Of a stretch of 64,000 nt of DNA, positions 39,779 through 49,718 are shown piece by piece (the first letter of the stretch is position 1; every line of letters starts with the position of its first letter). Location: NCBI GenBank assembly GCA_025056305.1, contig JANWWJ010000021.1, positions 49,278 to 113,277 of the forward strand, in the 5' to 3' direction. Origin of the DNA: Chitinophagales bacterium. GTDB lineage: Bacteria > Bacteroidota > Bacteroidia > Chitinophagales > UBA10324. The notes beneath the pieces are model-generated. The model did not search any database, was not told the origin of the DNA, and was given only the letters and a program-made list of their open reading frames with translations. Position numbers and translations under genes: made by a program.

Positions 39779-40336
39779 CTAAATATGTACAGTTTTTAAA
39801 TCAGGGTAACACAATATTTCCCTTTATGACAGGAGACTGTCTCAATTAAATCACTGATAATTAACGACTTATACTCATAGGCCTTTTCTACGCATCAAAA
39901 ATACGTGCAGCCGGCAAAGAAATACATTTCATTGATTATCAATATATAATGCCAAAAAACTTTTTGCTTCAGCCGTGAATTATTCAAATAATACTGCAAA
40001 AAAACTCATCTCTCTCTTTAGAACCATTGATAGACAATGATTTCATGGCATTACGTAACATGCCCCTAGTTTGTGCCATGATTTACGCTCTAGGTAACAA
40101 CAGGCATACCTCTAATTTCAAAAATTCTCAGCCTTTGCTAATGTTCTCCTTTCAACAAAAAACTCTATCTGCAATAGTCCGGAACAGCTTTAGCTTGACG
40201 AAAATAGCTTAAGGCATTCTGCGTTAAATGAACATTTTAGTATCTTGGGTAACATCTGATTGCCTGGGAGGGGGAAGCTACTGCGCGTCAGAAATTCCTG
40301 ATTTTTACTATAGAAAAAATTCTCTGAAAACTAAAA

Positions 40337-41842
40337 ATGCTGCAAGACATCATCGAGTTGGTAACATTTGTCAAAAACCGAAAACCATCGTTGAGCGATG
40401 TGATCCTTACGGGCCTTAACGGTTCTACAAACCTTTATCAGAAACTCTTTCAAGCGATAGCCCAAGGCGAAGTCACCGATGACGAAACTGCGAGTAGATA
40501 TCTGTACAAAAGCACCCAAACCGACAAGAAATATTTGATGCTCAAAAATCGGTTGCGGGAACGACTCGTTAATTCTTTACTAATCATTAACAAAAAAAAG
40601 ATATCTGCAGAAACGTATAGCCAGGCCGTCCACATCGGCCATAAGTATTATTATGCTGCCCGCGTCATGTCGGCTGCCGGAGCACATCAGAGTGCCATTA
40701 TGCTTGCCAAGACGGCTCTAACAACTGCAGAGCGGTTTCACCTCACAGAATTAACGTTGGGTTGCGCAGCTTTACTGCGGAGCATCTTCGCCTATGCAGG
40801 CGCAAAAAGAGAATTCTCGAAATACGATAAGCTCTGCACAGAGGCCTATGAGTTACTGGCTGCGGAGTTGAAATCCGTTTTGCTTGTTGAGCAGCTCTAC
40901 GTTCATCTTGCCCGTACCAAGTCGCATGACGAGCAGCTGGCCCGGCAAGCCAAAAGGTCAATGCAAAAGGTTAAGAAGCTATTGACCCGCCACAACAGTT
41001 TTGCTGTTCAAGATGCTTATTTCCGTATCGGAACACTTTATTATCAGTTAATCAAAGACTATCCGGGCCTTCTGGACCTATTGGTTCTTTATGAAAAATA
41101 TCTGTTGCAGCATCCTCATCTGTTTCTGCATGTACAAAAAGGAAAGTTTGCCCTGCTGCGCATCGGGGCCTATCTCTATCTGCGTGAGTTTGAAAAAGGA
41201 AAACAAGAAGCTGAACGGGCCATGCAATTATTCCGACGAGGGTCAAACAACTGGTTTACAACCCTGGAAAACTACTTTTTGCTGTGCATGCAGGCAGGTG
41301 ATTTTGGCCGTGCCGAGCAGCTCTTTGACCTGGCCACCCAACACGAGCGATTTGCGGTGTTGTCAGAAGTCAAAAAAGAAACATGGAAAGTTTTCGAGGC
41401 TTATTTACTCTATGCCTTGCCAGATCGGAGGCAGCAAAAAACCTTCCGAATTCAGAAATTTTTAAACGAAGTGCCCATTTTTCAAAAAGACAAAGCCGGA
41501 TTGTACCCGGCCATTTTGATTGCTCAAGTCCTTTTTCTCTTTGAATTTTTGGACGAATCGCGATTAGAAAAAACCTTGGAATCATTACGCATTTACGCCA
41601 CCCGCCATTTAAAGCAAGTATCCGCCCCACGAACCATTAACTTCATCAAGATTATGCGGCTGTTGTTTCACTATCAATACGACCTCAAGAAAGCCGAAGC
41701 AAAAATTCAGCTTCCCTTGGCCCGCATGCAGCAGGCATTGCAGGCTCCGCGTGAAGAACGAGACACCTTAGAAATCATTTCCTACGAATACTTATGCGCA
41801 CGACTGCTGGAAAGGTTAAAAACATTTAACAAGAGAACCTGA
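40337..41842 (+). CDS. Hypothetical alpha-helical protein, putative N-terminal HTH plus TPR-like repeats
   Basis: LY......KKYLMLKNRLRERL N-terminal motif, Ala/Leu/Tyr-rich helical pairs, KDKAGLYPAILIAQ and EIISYEYL at the C-terminus; no signal peptide. Confidence 0.7.
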   Translation: MLQDIIELVTFVKNRKPSLSDVILTGLNGSTNLYQKLFQAIAQGEVTDDETASRYLYKSTQTDKKYLMLKNRLRERLVNSLLIINKKKISAETYSQAVHIGHKYYYAARVMSAAGAHQSAIMLAKTALTTAERFHLTELTLGCAALLRSIFAYAGAKREFSKYDKLCTEAYELLAAELKSVLLVEQLYVHLARTKSHDEQLARQAKRSMQKVKKLLTRHNSFAVQDAYFRIGTLYYQLIKDYPGLLDLLVLYEKYLLQHPHLFLHVQKGKFALLRIGAYLYLREFEKGKQEAERAMQLFRRGSNNWFTTLENYFLLCMQAGDFGRAEQLFDLATQHERFAVLSEVKKETWKVFEAYLLYALPDRRQQKTFRIQKFLNEVPIFQKDKAGLYPAILIAQVLFLFEFLDESRLEKTLESLRIYATRHLKQVSAPRTINFIKIMRLLFHYQYDLKKAEAKIQLPLARMQQALQAPREERDTLEIISYEYLCARLLERLKTFNKRT

Positions 41843-41862
41843 AGCACAAACGCACTAAGCAC

Positions 41863-41870
41863 TATCTTTG
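41863..41870 (+). promoter_or_regulatory. -7 promoter element of the small lipoprotein gene
   Basis: TATCTTTG 11 nt before ATG 41882. Confidence 0.55.
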
Positions 41871-41881
41871 CTGCGAAAATC

Positions 41882-42022
41882 ATGCAAATGCGTTCGGTTT
41901 TGAACTTTTCTCGATTGCTAATTGCGCTATTACTTATCGGTTTTGCCTTATCGGCCTGTAGTGGTGTAAAAGACTGTCATGGCCGAGTTAAGAAACGCCA
42001 AGCAAACGGCGTATTGTTCTAG
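41882..42022 (+). CDS. Small 46-aa lipoprotein (not in ORF track)
   Basis: MQMRSVLNFSRLLIALLLIGFALSACSGVKDCHGRVKKRQANGVLF*; lipobox LSA-C. Confidence 0.72.
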   Translation: MQMRSVLNFSRLLIALLLIGFALSACSGVKDCHGRVKKRQANGVLF

Positions 42023-42990
42023 CCTTGTCTGATCTTCAGATTGTCAGCGAGCTTTTTTAGTTCTTCTTTCTTCTGCGCAGGGGCACTAATCAACATCAGA
42101 TGTTTGAGTGCTTCTGCTGTATAGGCAGCGATTTCGTCCAGCAGCATCCGATCAACTCCGGCCTTAATGATTAGCGCTTTGATGCGTTCGACATCTGGTG
42201 GTTGCAGCGAATTGCTGTTTAAAAGCCTAACAAGTTGCTGTGCCTCCTCAGAAGAAACTACCTCGAAACTTTTAGCCAGCAGATACGTTTTTTTATTTCT
42301 CGAAAAGTCACTGCCTGAAAGCTTACCGGTCAGACGTGTTTGTCCGAACGCATCCAGGTAATCGTCCTGAAGTTGAAAAGCAAGTCCAAGATTTTTACCA
42401 AACAAATAGGCGGCTGAACGATCGGCTGGTGAAGCACCAGCCAATATGGCAGCTAGTTGTGCGCTGAACCCCAGCAGCTCTGCTGTTTTCAGCGATATCA
42501 TCTGCATGTATTCCTCGACCGACACTTTATTCTTTCGCTCAAAATCCATATCCAACTGTTGTCCTTCACATACCTTAAGGGCACAAGAGATAAACTGGTT
42601 CAACACCTCACTTTGCCAAGCCGCAGGGCATTTGGTGAGCAACCCCAGGCAAGAGACCAACATTGCATCGCCAGCCAAGATGGCTGTAGCCTCACCGTAG
42701 CGAACATGCACGCTCTGTTGCCCGCGTCGCAGCACAGCCTGATCCATGATGTCGTCATGAACCAGCGTAAAAGCATGAAATAATTCCAGCGCTACAGCTT
42801 GAGGCATGACCTCATGGGGATTTAGGCCGAATAGTTCTGCCGTCATCAAAAACAAAACCGGGCGGGTACGTTTGCCTCCTGACAAGCAAGCATAGCGAAT
42901 GGGTTCATATAGAGTCGGTGGATTTCCTTGAGGAATCCAATGCCCTAATTCCGACTCAAATAAGTCACGGAAGTACTCTGCTGAATGCAT
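42019..42990 (-). CDS. Polyprenyl diphosphate synthase (IspA/GGPP-type)
   Basis: GGKRTRP, HDDIMD..RRG, GQQLD, KTA, QLQDDYLD. Confidence 0.93.
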   Translation of the reverse strand: MHSAEYFRDLFESELGHWIPQGNPPTLYEPIRYACLSGGKRTRPVLFLMTAELFGLNPHEVMPQAVALELFHAFTLVHDDIMDQAVLRRGQQSVHVRYGEATAILAGDAMLVSCLGLLTKCPAAWQSEVLNQFISCALKVCEGQQLDMDFERKNKVSVEEYMQMISLKTAELLGFSAQLAAILAGASPADRSAAYLFGKNLGLAFQLQDDYLDAFGQTRLTGKLSGSDFSRNKKTYLLAKSFEVVSSEEAQQLVRLLNSNSLQPPDVERIKALIIKAGVDRMLLDEIAAYTAEALKHLMLISAPAQKKEELKKLADNLKIRQG

Positions 42991-43036
42991 AGGGGCAAAA
43001 ATCTGATGTCTTCACATGCCTATTGTGCAACAAAGG

Positions 43037-45157
43037 CTAAATGGCCCGTCCCAACAAGGCAAAATCCAGATTGCGCGTTACGGTGTCGGCACCGACCAGG
43101 CGCACCCGAACGCGATCGCCCAGCCTGTAAACTATTCCGGTATTCACTCCTCGAATCAAATGCTTTTTGGTATCTGCGGTGAAATAATCGCCTTTGATGC
43201 GGTCAAAACTGACCAAACCTTCACAATACGTATCTTCTGTGAGCACAAAAACGCCAAATTCGGTAATGCCGGATATGATTGCATTAAAAGTTTCTCCTAT
43301 GTATTCGATCATGAATTCAGCCTGTTTGAGTTTTACAGACATGCGTTCTGCTTCAGCGGCAGCACGCTCACGCTCACTGCAGTGCCGGCAAAGGGCTTCC
43401 AACCGGTCAATCAAGACGGGTTTTCCCTGCAACAAACTATTTAGAATGCGGTGCGCCAGCAAGTCCGGGTAGCGGCGAATGGGTGAAGTAAAATGGGTAT
43501 AATGGCGAAAGGCCAATCCGTAGTGGCCAATGTTTTCGGTACTGTAAACCGCTTTGGCCATAGCACGAATAGCCAACATGTTTAGCATGAATTCTTCGGG
43601 TTTACCCCGCGCCTGTAAGAGCATGGCATTAAGCGATCGGCTGATTCTGCGAGGCGTGGAAAAATCGAAACGGTAGCCAAACAATCGTGCCACATCGGCC
43701 AGTTCCTGCAATTTTTCAGGATTGGGCACATCATGGACGCGATAAACAAAAGCAACTTTTTTCCCTTTCTGAGCAGACACGTATTCGGCGACAAGCCGAT
43801 TGGCAAGCAGCATAAAATCCTCGATGAGCCGATTGGCATCCGTCATTTTTTTAAGAAATACAGCCACAGGGCGCCCTTGCGCATCAAGCCGAAAGCTGAC
43901 CTCTGTGGCATCAAAGTCAATGCTGCCGGCCGCATGCCTTTTCTTCCGAAGCCTTTTGGCAAGGGAATTTAAGCGAACTAACTGCGGCCCAAAGACGTCA
44001 GGCTTTCCATCCAAGATTTCCTGTACTTCTTCATAGGTAAAACGCCTTCGGCTGTGGATGATGGTTTTGCCCATCCAGACCTTTTTGATTTCCGCCTCCT
44101 CGTTCATGACCACTACTACCGAGAAGCAGAGTCGGTCGGTATGAGGGTTCAGAGAGCAGAGATTGTTGGAAAGCCGTTCGGGCAACATGGGTACACAACG
44201 ATCGACCAGGTAAACGGAAGTACCGCGAAGAGCGGCTTCTTGATCTAAGGCAGTTCCCGGTTTTACGTAATAAGAAACATCGGCGATGTGGATACCTACC
44301 TCCCACAGGTTGTCGTCGATGTGTTGTATCGATAGAGCATCATCGAAGTCGCGCGCATCGGCAGGATCAATGGTAAAAGTGGGCACATCACGAAAGTCGC
44401 GACGAATATTTTCTTCCTGACGCGGCCAGCGGTCGGGTATCTGTTCAGCTTCCTGCAAAGCCCGCTTGCTGAAGCGAAGCCTGAAGCCCTGCTCTACGAG
44501 CACAGCCTTCATCTCGGTTTCGTGATCGCCGCTGCGGCCCAGACGCTCCACGATTTCTGCAACCGGTGTTGGCTGACGGGCCGGCCAATGCAACAGGCGC
44601 ACTACCACCTTATCGTTGACGCGGGCATGGCGCAATTTGTCCGATGGGATCAGAAAGTCCACATGACTATTTCGGCCGGTGGGCCGGACAAACCAGTCGC
44701 CGTTGTGTTCGTGCAGGATGCCTACGTACGTATCCATAGCTCGCTGCAATACGTCCACAACACGAGCATCGCGGCGCCCGTCGGGTTTTTCGGAAATCAG
44801 GACCCGAACTGTGTCTCCATGCAAGGCCTGGCCCAAACGGTGAGCAGTAATGCGTAAATCGTCTTTGAGTTGGTCGGAAATCAGGTAACCGGTACCGCTT
44901 CGGGTAATTTCCAAGACCCCTTCAACATAACGGGTATTCGGTATTGCTTTTTTGAGCCGGTTGGCCAGATGCCGGTATTGGCTCCCTTGTTTATCCAAAA
45001 AACGCTCCTGTACTAGCCGCATCAGCGCTTCATGCAAAGCGGTTTTGGCAAATCGATCGCCAAACTCTTTCTTGATTCGTTTAAAAGATACGTATCGTCC
45101 TTCTTGTTGAAGGAAAAATTGGCGTAACACGTGCTCTAAATCATTACGATGGGCCAT
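43037..45157 (-). CDS. rnr: Ribonuclease R
   Basis: TIDPADARDFDDAL, HIADVS, IEDFMLLAN, YTHFTSPIRRYPDL, S1 domain. Confidence 0.96.
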   Translation of the reverse strand: MAHRNDLEHVLRQFFLQQEGRYVSFKRIKKEFGDRFAKTALHEALMRLVQERFLDKQGSQYRHLANRLKKAIPNTRYVEGVLEITRSGTGYLISDQLKDDLRITAHRLGQALHGDTVRVLISEKPDGRRDARVVDVLQRAMDTYVGILHEHNGDWFVRPTGRNSHVDFLIPSDKLRHARVNDKVVVRLLHWPARQPTPVAEIVERLGRSGDHETEMKAVLVEQGFRLRFSKRALQEAEQIPDRWPRQEENIRRDFRDVPTFTIDPADARDFDDALSIQHIDDNLWEVGIHIADVSYYVKPGTALDQEAALRGTSVYLVDRCVPMLPERLSNNLCSLNPHTDRLCFSVVVVMNEEAEIKKVWMGKTIIHSRRRFTYEEVQEILDGKPDVFGPQLVRLNSLAKRLRKKRHAAGSIDFDATEVSFRLDAQGRPVAVFLKKMTDANRLIEDFMLLANRLVAEYVSAQKGKKVAFVYRVHDVPNPEKLQELADVARLFGYRFDFSTPRRISRSLNAMLLQARGKPEEFMLNMLAIRAMAKAVYSTENIGHYGLAFRHYTHFTSPIRRYPDLLAHRILNSLLQGKPVLIDRLEALCRHCSERERAAAEAERMSVKLKQAEFMIEYIGETFNAIISGITEFGVFVLTEDTYCEGLVSFDRIKGDYFTADTKKHLIRGVNTGIVYRLGDRVRVRLVGADTVTRNLDFALLGRAI

Positions 45158-45178
45158 AATACATTCAAAGGAGCAGGT

Positions 45179-46912
45179 CTAAAAATCAGGTAAGCGATTC
45201 CATTGCCGTGCACTGGACAACAACTTTTTACCTATGTCACTAACCGGTTGATCAAACCAACGCTCCGTGGTGTTTTGCTCAATTAGTTGCCCTTGATGCA
45301 AAAGCAACAAGCGCTGGCATAATTGGCGAATGATGACCAGATCGTGACTTATGATCAACAAAGCCAAATGCAGCTCCCGACGAAGCTGTTGGAGCAGATC
45401 CATGATGGCGGCTTGCGCACACACATCTAAGGAAGCGAAACATTCGTCGCAGATCAACAATCGGGGTTTTGTGGCCAGGGCACGGGCAATGGCAAGCCGC
45501 TGCCGTTGGCCTGCACTGAACTGGTGGGGAAAACGGTCTAGTACCGAAGCATCGAGCCGCACCCAATCCAACAGTTGACTGAGAAAGGCACTTTGCTCTT
45601 TCGGTGCCAGATGAGGTTGGGCGGCAAGAATCGCTTCAGTCAATATGGTGCGCGTGGAAAGGCGTGGATTCAGTGATGCAAAGGGGTCCTGAAAGATCAA
45701 TTGAACGCCTGGCGGGGGCTTTCCTGAAGTTAAAGGTTGCGAAAGAGCCTGGTTTTCGTGGTGAATTTGAACTTGACCGGCGACGTCGTCCAGCAGACGC
45801 ACTATTGCCCGAGCAACAGAGCTTTTACCGCTACCAGAGATGCCGGTAAGCCCGACACTTTCGCCTTCGTAAACATCAAACGATACGTTTTTTACGGCCG
45901 GATTTCTTCTGTTGCGGGAAGCAGCAAAAGAATTTTGATAGTGAACGTACAGATGCCGCACCTGCAAGACCACCGGCCGATTTGGTGCGGTGGCTGCAGC
46001 CAAAACATCATCGGCCGAAGAAACATTAGCACTTTTACTAAAGTGTTTGTTCGGTTCATTCGATACGGTGAAGATGCCTCGGCGGTGCAGGCAATGTAAA
46101 AGGCGCCGGGTCGCCTCATGTACAGGACTGGACATGACGGAGGTGGTGGGACCCGATTCTACAGTCACCCCCTGGTCCATGACCACAATATGTTCGGCAA
46201 GGTTTGCGGCCACCCCAAGGTCGTGCGTAATAAACAGCAGCGACATGCCAAACTGCCTGCTCAGGGTACCGATCAACTGCAACAGCTCGGCCTGAGCAAT
46301 GGCGTCCAAAGCGGTGGTGGGCTCATCAGCGATAAGTAAAGAAGGCGAAGCAGCCAATGCCATGGCAAGCATAACGCGCTGTCGCTGTCCGCCACTCAGT
46401 TGATGCGGGTAACTGTGATAAACTGTGCGTGGATCTTCAAACCTAACCTGCTCAAGCAGTTGTAACGTGCGCTGCTGAGCTGCTTTGCCCCTTAAACGAC
46501 AATGCTGGCGAACGACCTCCTGGATTTGATAGCCACATGTAAATACGGGATTTAAGGCAGAAAGCGGCTCCTGAAAAATCATGGCAAGGTGTCGGCCACG
46601 AAGCCTATTGCGCTGACGTTCGTTAAGCCTGATAAGATCCACAGGCCCCAGATTCGGGGCACAGAACAGAGCTGATCCATCTGCCGCACAAGTTTTAGGC
46701 TGTAAGCCCAGCAGAGAAAGTACGGTAAGTGTTTTTCCGGAACCCGATGAGCCAACCAAAGCCACAAACTGCCTTGGTTTTATCGAAAAACTGACCTGTT
46801 TCAATAGGTAATGGTCCGGTTCACGCCGTAACCAGACTTTCAGATTATTAACTTCTAAAAGGACTTCACCCTTAGGAATTTCACGCTCGGGAAGGTGATG
46901 CCCTGTTTGCAA
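45179..46912 (-). CDS. Double-domain ABC ATPase, dipeptide/oligopeptide (DppD/F-like) family
   Basis: GSSGSGKT, LSGGQRQR, IADEPTTALD; GISGSGKS, FSAGQRQR, ICDE. Confidence 0.9.
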   Translation of the reverse strand: MQTGHHLPEREIPKGEVLLEVNNLKVWLRREPDHYLLKQVSFSIKPRQFVALVGSSGSGKTLTVLSLLGLQPKTCAADGSALFCAPNLGPVDLIRLNERQRNRLRGRHLAMIFQEPLSALNPVFTCGYQIQEVVRQHCRLRGKAAQQRTLQLLEQVRFEDPRTVYHSYPHQLSGGQRQRVMLAMALAASPSLLIADEPTTALDAIAQAELLQLIGTLSRQFGMSLLFITHDLGVAANLAEHIVVMDQGVTVESGPTTSVMSSPVHEATRRLLHCLHRRGIFTVSNEPNKHFSKSANVSSADDVLAAATAPNRPVVLQVRHLYVHYQNSFAASRNRRNPAVKNVSFDVYEGESVGLTGISGSGKSSVARAIVRLLDDVAGQVQIHHENQALSQPLTSGKPPPGVQLIFQDPFASLNPRLSTRTILTEAILAAQPHLAPKEQSAFLSQLLDWVRLDASVLDRFPHQFSAGQRQRLAIARALATKPRLLICDECFASLDVCAQAAIMDLLQQLRRELHLALLIISHDLVIIRQLCQRLLLLHQGQLIEQNTTERWFDQPVSDIGKKLLSSARQWNRLPDF

Positions 46913-46972
46913 ATGCCGATGATGTTCCGATGATAGCGTCAGGCGCTCGAGGGTTAAAAATTTCTGCCTGTC

Positions 46973-49645
46973 TTAACGCAAGACCACCAGCTTTTGCTTT
47001 ACCACTGCCTGCTGGCCTGCGGTAACCAGATACAGGCCATTAGGCCATTGATAGACGGGCAATGAAATGTGATGTTCTCCAGCGGGTAATTGCTTTAACA
47101 ACGTGCGATACACAACCTTTCCCTGACGGTCGTGAACTTCAATGGGCACATCTCCGCCGGTCGAAACCATAAAGCGCAATGTGGCACTTGAAGTGGCTGG
47201 GTTCGGATACAATGCGACAGGACGAATGGTTGCTGCATTGATTTGGGGCGTGCCCACCAAACTAGAGGATCGGAATATGCCGCGGCCGTAGCTGGCAATA
47301 TAGGTGTACATCGTTTGGCCGTAGTAGGGCACCTGAATGATCTGCAACACCGGCACGCGATCCATGCCATCATTCTGTTCCTGCCAGCCGCTGCCGGAAC
47401 TAAGGTCATTCACATAAACCCCAAGCTCTGTACCGATAAGTATCAAGTTGGGATTCACGTAGTCAATGCACGCACTCCACACGGGCATTTTGGGCAAGTT
47501 GCCCGTAATGTCAGTAAATGTCATAGAAGTGGTGGCATTAGTACTGCGCCAGACATAAGAAGTGTGCCCGTAGCGGGCTGCAACTACAACAATATGGTCA
47601 GGATTGTGTGGATCTACGGCAATATAGCGCAGGTAACGACCTGCGGCCACAGGACGACTAAATTCCACAATACCGCTATCCAAAGCACTCCACGCTGACG
47701 CTTGCGCATTAATGGAAGGGTAACGAAACTTATTCTCTGCATAAACTTGTTGAAAATTACTGTAACGATACACGGTGCCATTGTCTGTACCCACGTAAAG
47801 GATGTTCCCATCGGTGGAAAAGGCCAAGCATGTAACCACCCCATCGGTTAACGGGAAACGAAACCATTCAGGATCGGTTGAAAAATTTAATGCCTGGGTC
47901 GTTACCCATACTCGCCCGGAAGTTGTACCTGTGCCAAAGGCCAGAAATGAATAACTGCCATCGGGAGCTTCCCACAGATCGTAAGGAGCAATCCAGTCGG
48001 CGCCATTTTCGGGGAAGCCATCGCCGTTGCCGTCTATGCGTTCATCAAAGAAGGAATTAAAGCCCCCACTTCCCTCATTACTGTTGCGCTTAAGCGAGCC
48101 TGCATAATTTTCGGCAAAGAAAGCTTTGGGATTGGTTCGCGATATTCTGACATACATGCCATCACCACCCAAAATGTCTACAGCTGACTTCGGGGTGTTT
48201 CCTTTGAAATTGATGTACAATCCTCCATTGTCTTGCGACCCGCCGAAAACTTCTCCGGTTTCTCGAGCTGTTACAGCATAGAACTGTGTGACGTTATAAT
48301 TTCTATTTACCGCTTGAAAGGTTGGATAAGTAGCCTTGATGTTTTTCGACTTGAATATGCCCCCATCGGTACCCATCAACATTTCGTTGTCGTTAAAAGG
48401 ATTGAATGCTATGATGTGCATATCCGGATGAATGTAGGTACTCAATGAGAAAAAGCTGTTGACCCTATACCACCCCAGAGAAGGAGTATACTTGTAGAAA
48501 TAGAACTGCCCGCCCAGATATACGGAATGTTCGTCAGAGGGATGAACTGCCAAAGCAATGTTGTATGGACCCTGGCTTCCTAAGGGATTGAAGTTGGCAC
48601 TACCACCGGGGCCAATTTGTGTGAAGGTGTTTCCCCCATCGGTGCTCTTGTACACACCGATGAGATCAACGGTTGTGAAACCTTTACTTAATACAGCATA
48701 GATTACAGATGGATTTGAAGGAGCCACTGCCAGTTCAATACGAGCAGTGCTGGCATCATCGGGCAATTTACCCCCGCTGGTGCCATTTAGCTTTTCAAAC
48801 TGAGTACCGTTAGGCTGTGTGGAACGATAGTAGTCGTTGCCGATGATGGCGTGAACGATACCATCAGAGCCAATTTTAACATCCCAAGCATAGGTAACCG
48901 CACTGGCCCCGCTGACGTTGCTCCAGGTAGCACCACCATCAGTTGAATATTTCAACCCTTTATTGGTAGCCGCATAAATCAAGTTGGCATCTGTCGGACT
49001 GCAAGCGATTTTATTGACATAAGCCCATTCGCTATTCGTGTTATTGGGTAAGTTCGGAGTGGTGGAAGGCAAATGCTGCCAAGTGGCTCCACCATCGGTG
49101 GATTTGTAGATACCATTGCCCATGAAGCCTGGCGCAGCATAGCCTACCGGCACGTTCAAGCCGATGTTGTAAAAACCTTCACCTGTACCTAAATAAAAAG
49201 TGCCATCGATGGCCTGAACCAGGCAGGTTACCGTTAAGGTACCCAAGCCGGCATCTACCTTCTGCCAACTCTCTCCATAATTCAGGCTTTTCCACAATCC
49301 GCCTGACACACCGCCAGCAAACACAACGCCGGGATTGTTTCGGTCATAAACAATAGCCCGTGTTCTTCCACCGATGTTATCAGGCCCCATTTCTTCCCAC
49401 ACAATGTTAACTGTTCGTGGGGTGCTTAACTCGTCTGCCTGACGTACTGCTGCATAATAGTCGGCCGGGTCAAACACGCCGGTCATGTCATTGGTCCGCA
49501 CTTTAGTCCACCATTCAATAGCACCTTTAATCTCCTTGACTTTGTTTTCTTCAGGAGCGTTTGGTACTGGTGTCGGCCATTGCCACGACACCAATACGAA
49601 GAACAAACTAACTAACAGAGCTGCGGCTACAATGACTTGTTTCAT
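46973..49645 (-). CDS. BNR/Asp-box beta-propeller (VPS10/GH74-like) secreted protein with T9SS C-terminus
   Basis: GPDNIGGRTRA, GGLWKS, repeated KSTDGGATW, HPDMH, GSQDNG, SYGRGIF, LYPNPA tail. Confidence 0.85.
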   Translation of the reverse strand: MKQVIVAAALLVSLFFVLVSWQWPTPVPNAPEENKVKEIKGAIEWWTKVRTNDMTGVFDPADYYAAVRQADELSTPRTVNIVWEEMGPDNIGGRTRAIVYDRNNPGVVFAGGVSGGLWKSLNYGESWQKVDAGLGTLTVTCLVQAIDGTFYLGTGEGFYNIGLNVPVGYAAPGFMGNGIYKSTDGGATWQHLPSTTPNLPNNTNSEWAYVNKIACSPTDANLIYAATNKGLKYSTDGGATWSNVSGASAVTYAWDVKIGSDGIVHAIIGNDYYRSTQPNGTQFEKLNGTSGGKLPDDASTARIELAVAPSNPSVIYAVLSKGFTTVDLIGVYKSTDGGNTFTQIGPGGSANFNPLGSQGPYNIALAVHPSDEHSVYLGGQFYFYKYTPSLGWYRVNSFFSLSTYIHPDMHIIAFNPFNDNEMLMGTDGGIFKSKNIKATYPTFQAVNRNYNVTQFYAVTARETGEVFGGSQDNGGLYINFKGNTPKSAVDILGGDGMYVRISRTNPKAFFAENYAGSLKRNSNEGSGGFNSFFDERIDGNGDGFPENGADWIAPYDLWEAPDGSYSFLAFGTGTTSGRVWVTTQALNFSTDPEWFRFPLTDGVVTCLAFSTDGNILYVGTDNGTVYRYSNFQQVYAENKFRYPSINAQASAWSALDSGIVEFSRPVAAGRYLRYIAVDPHNPDHIVVVAARYGHTSYVWRSTNATTSMTFTDITGNLPKMPVWSACIDYVNPNLILIGTELGVYVNDLSSGSGWQEQNDGMDRVPVLQIIQVPYYGQTMYTYIASYGRGIFRSSSLVGTPQINAATIRPVALYPNPATSSATLRFMVSTGGDVPIEVHDRQGKVVYRTLLKQLPAGEHHISLPVYQWPNGLYLVTAGQQAVVKQKLVVLR

Positions 49646-49718
49646 GATTCTGCTTTGGATTGTTTTCTCGTAAAGTTAGTAAATGATAGGGCTAAAGGTT
49701 AAAAAACCATGGGGCATT

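Noticed and set aside
40027-40419. ORF-track 61-aa and 63-aa ORFs in the AT-rich spacer
   Set aside because: No recognisable motifs or structure; one overlaps the 501-aa gene out of frame. Probably chance ORFs in regulatory DNA.
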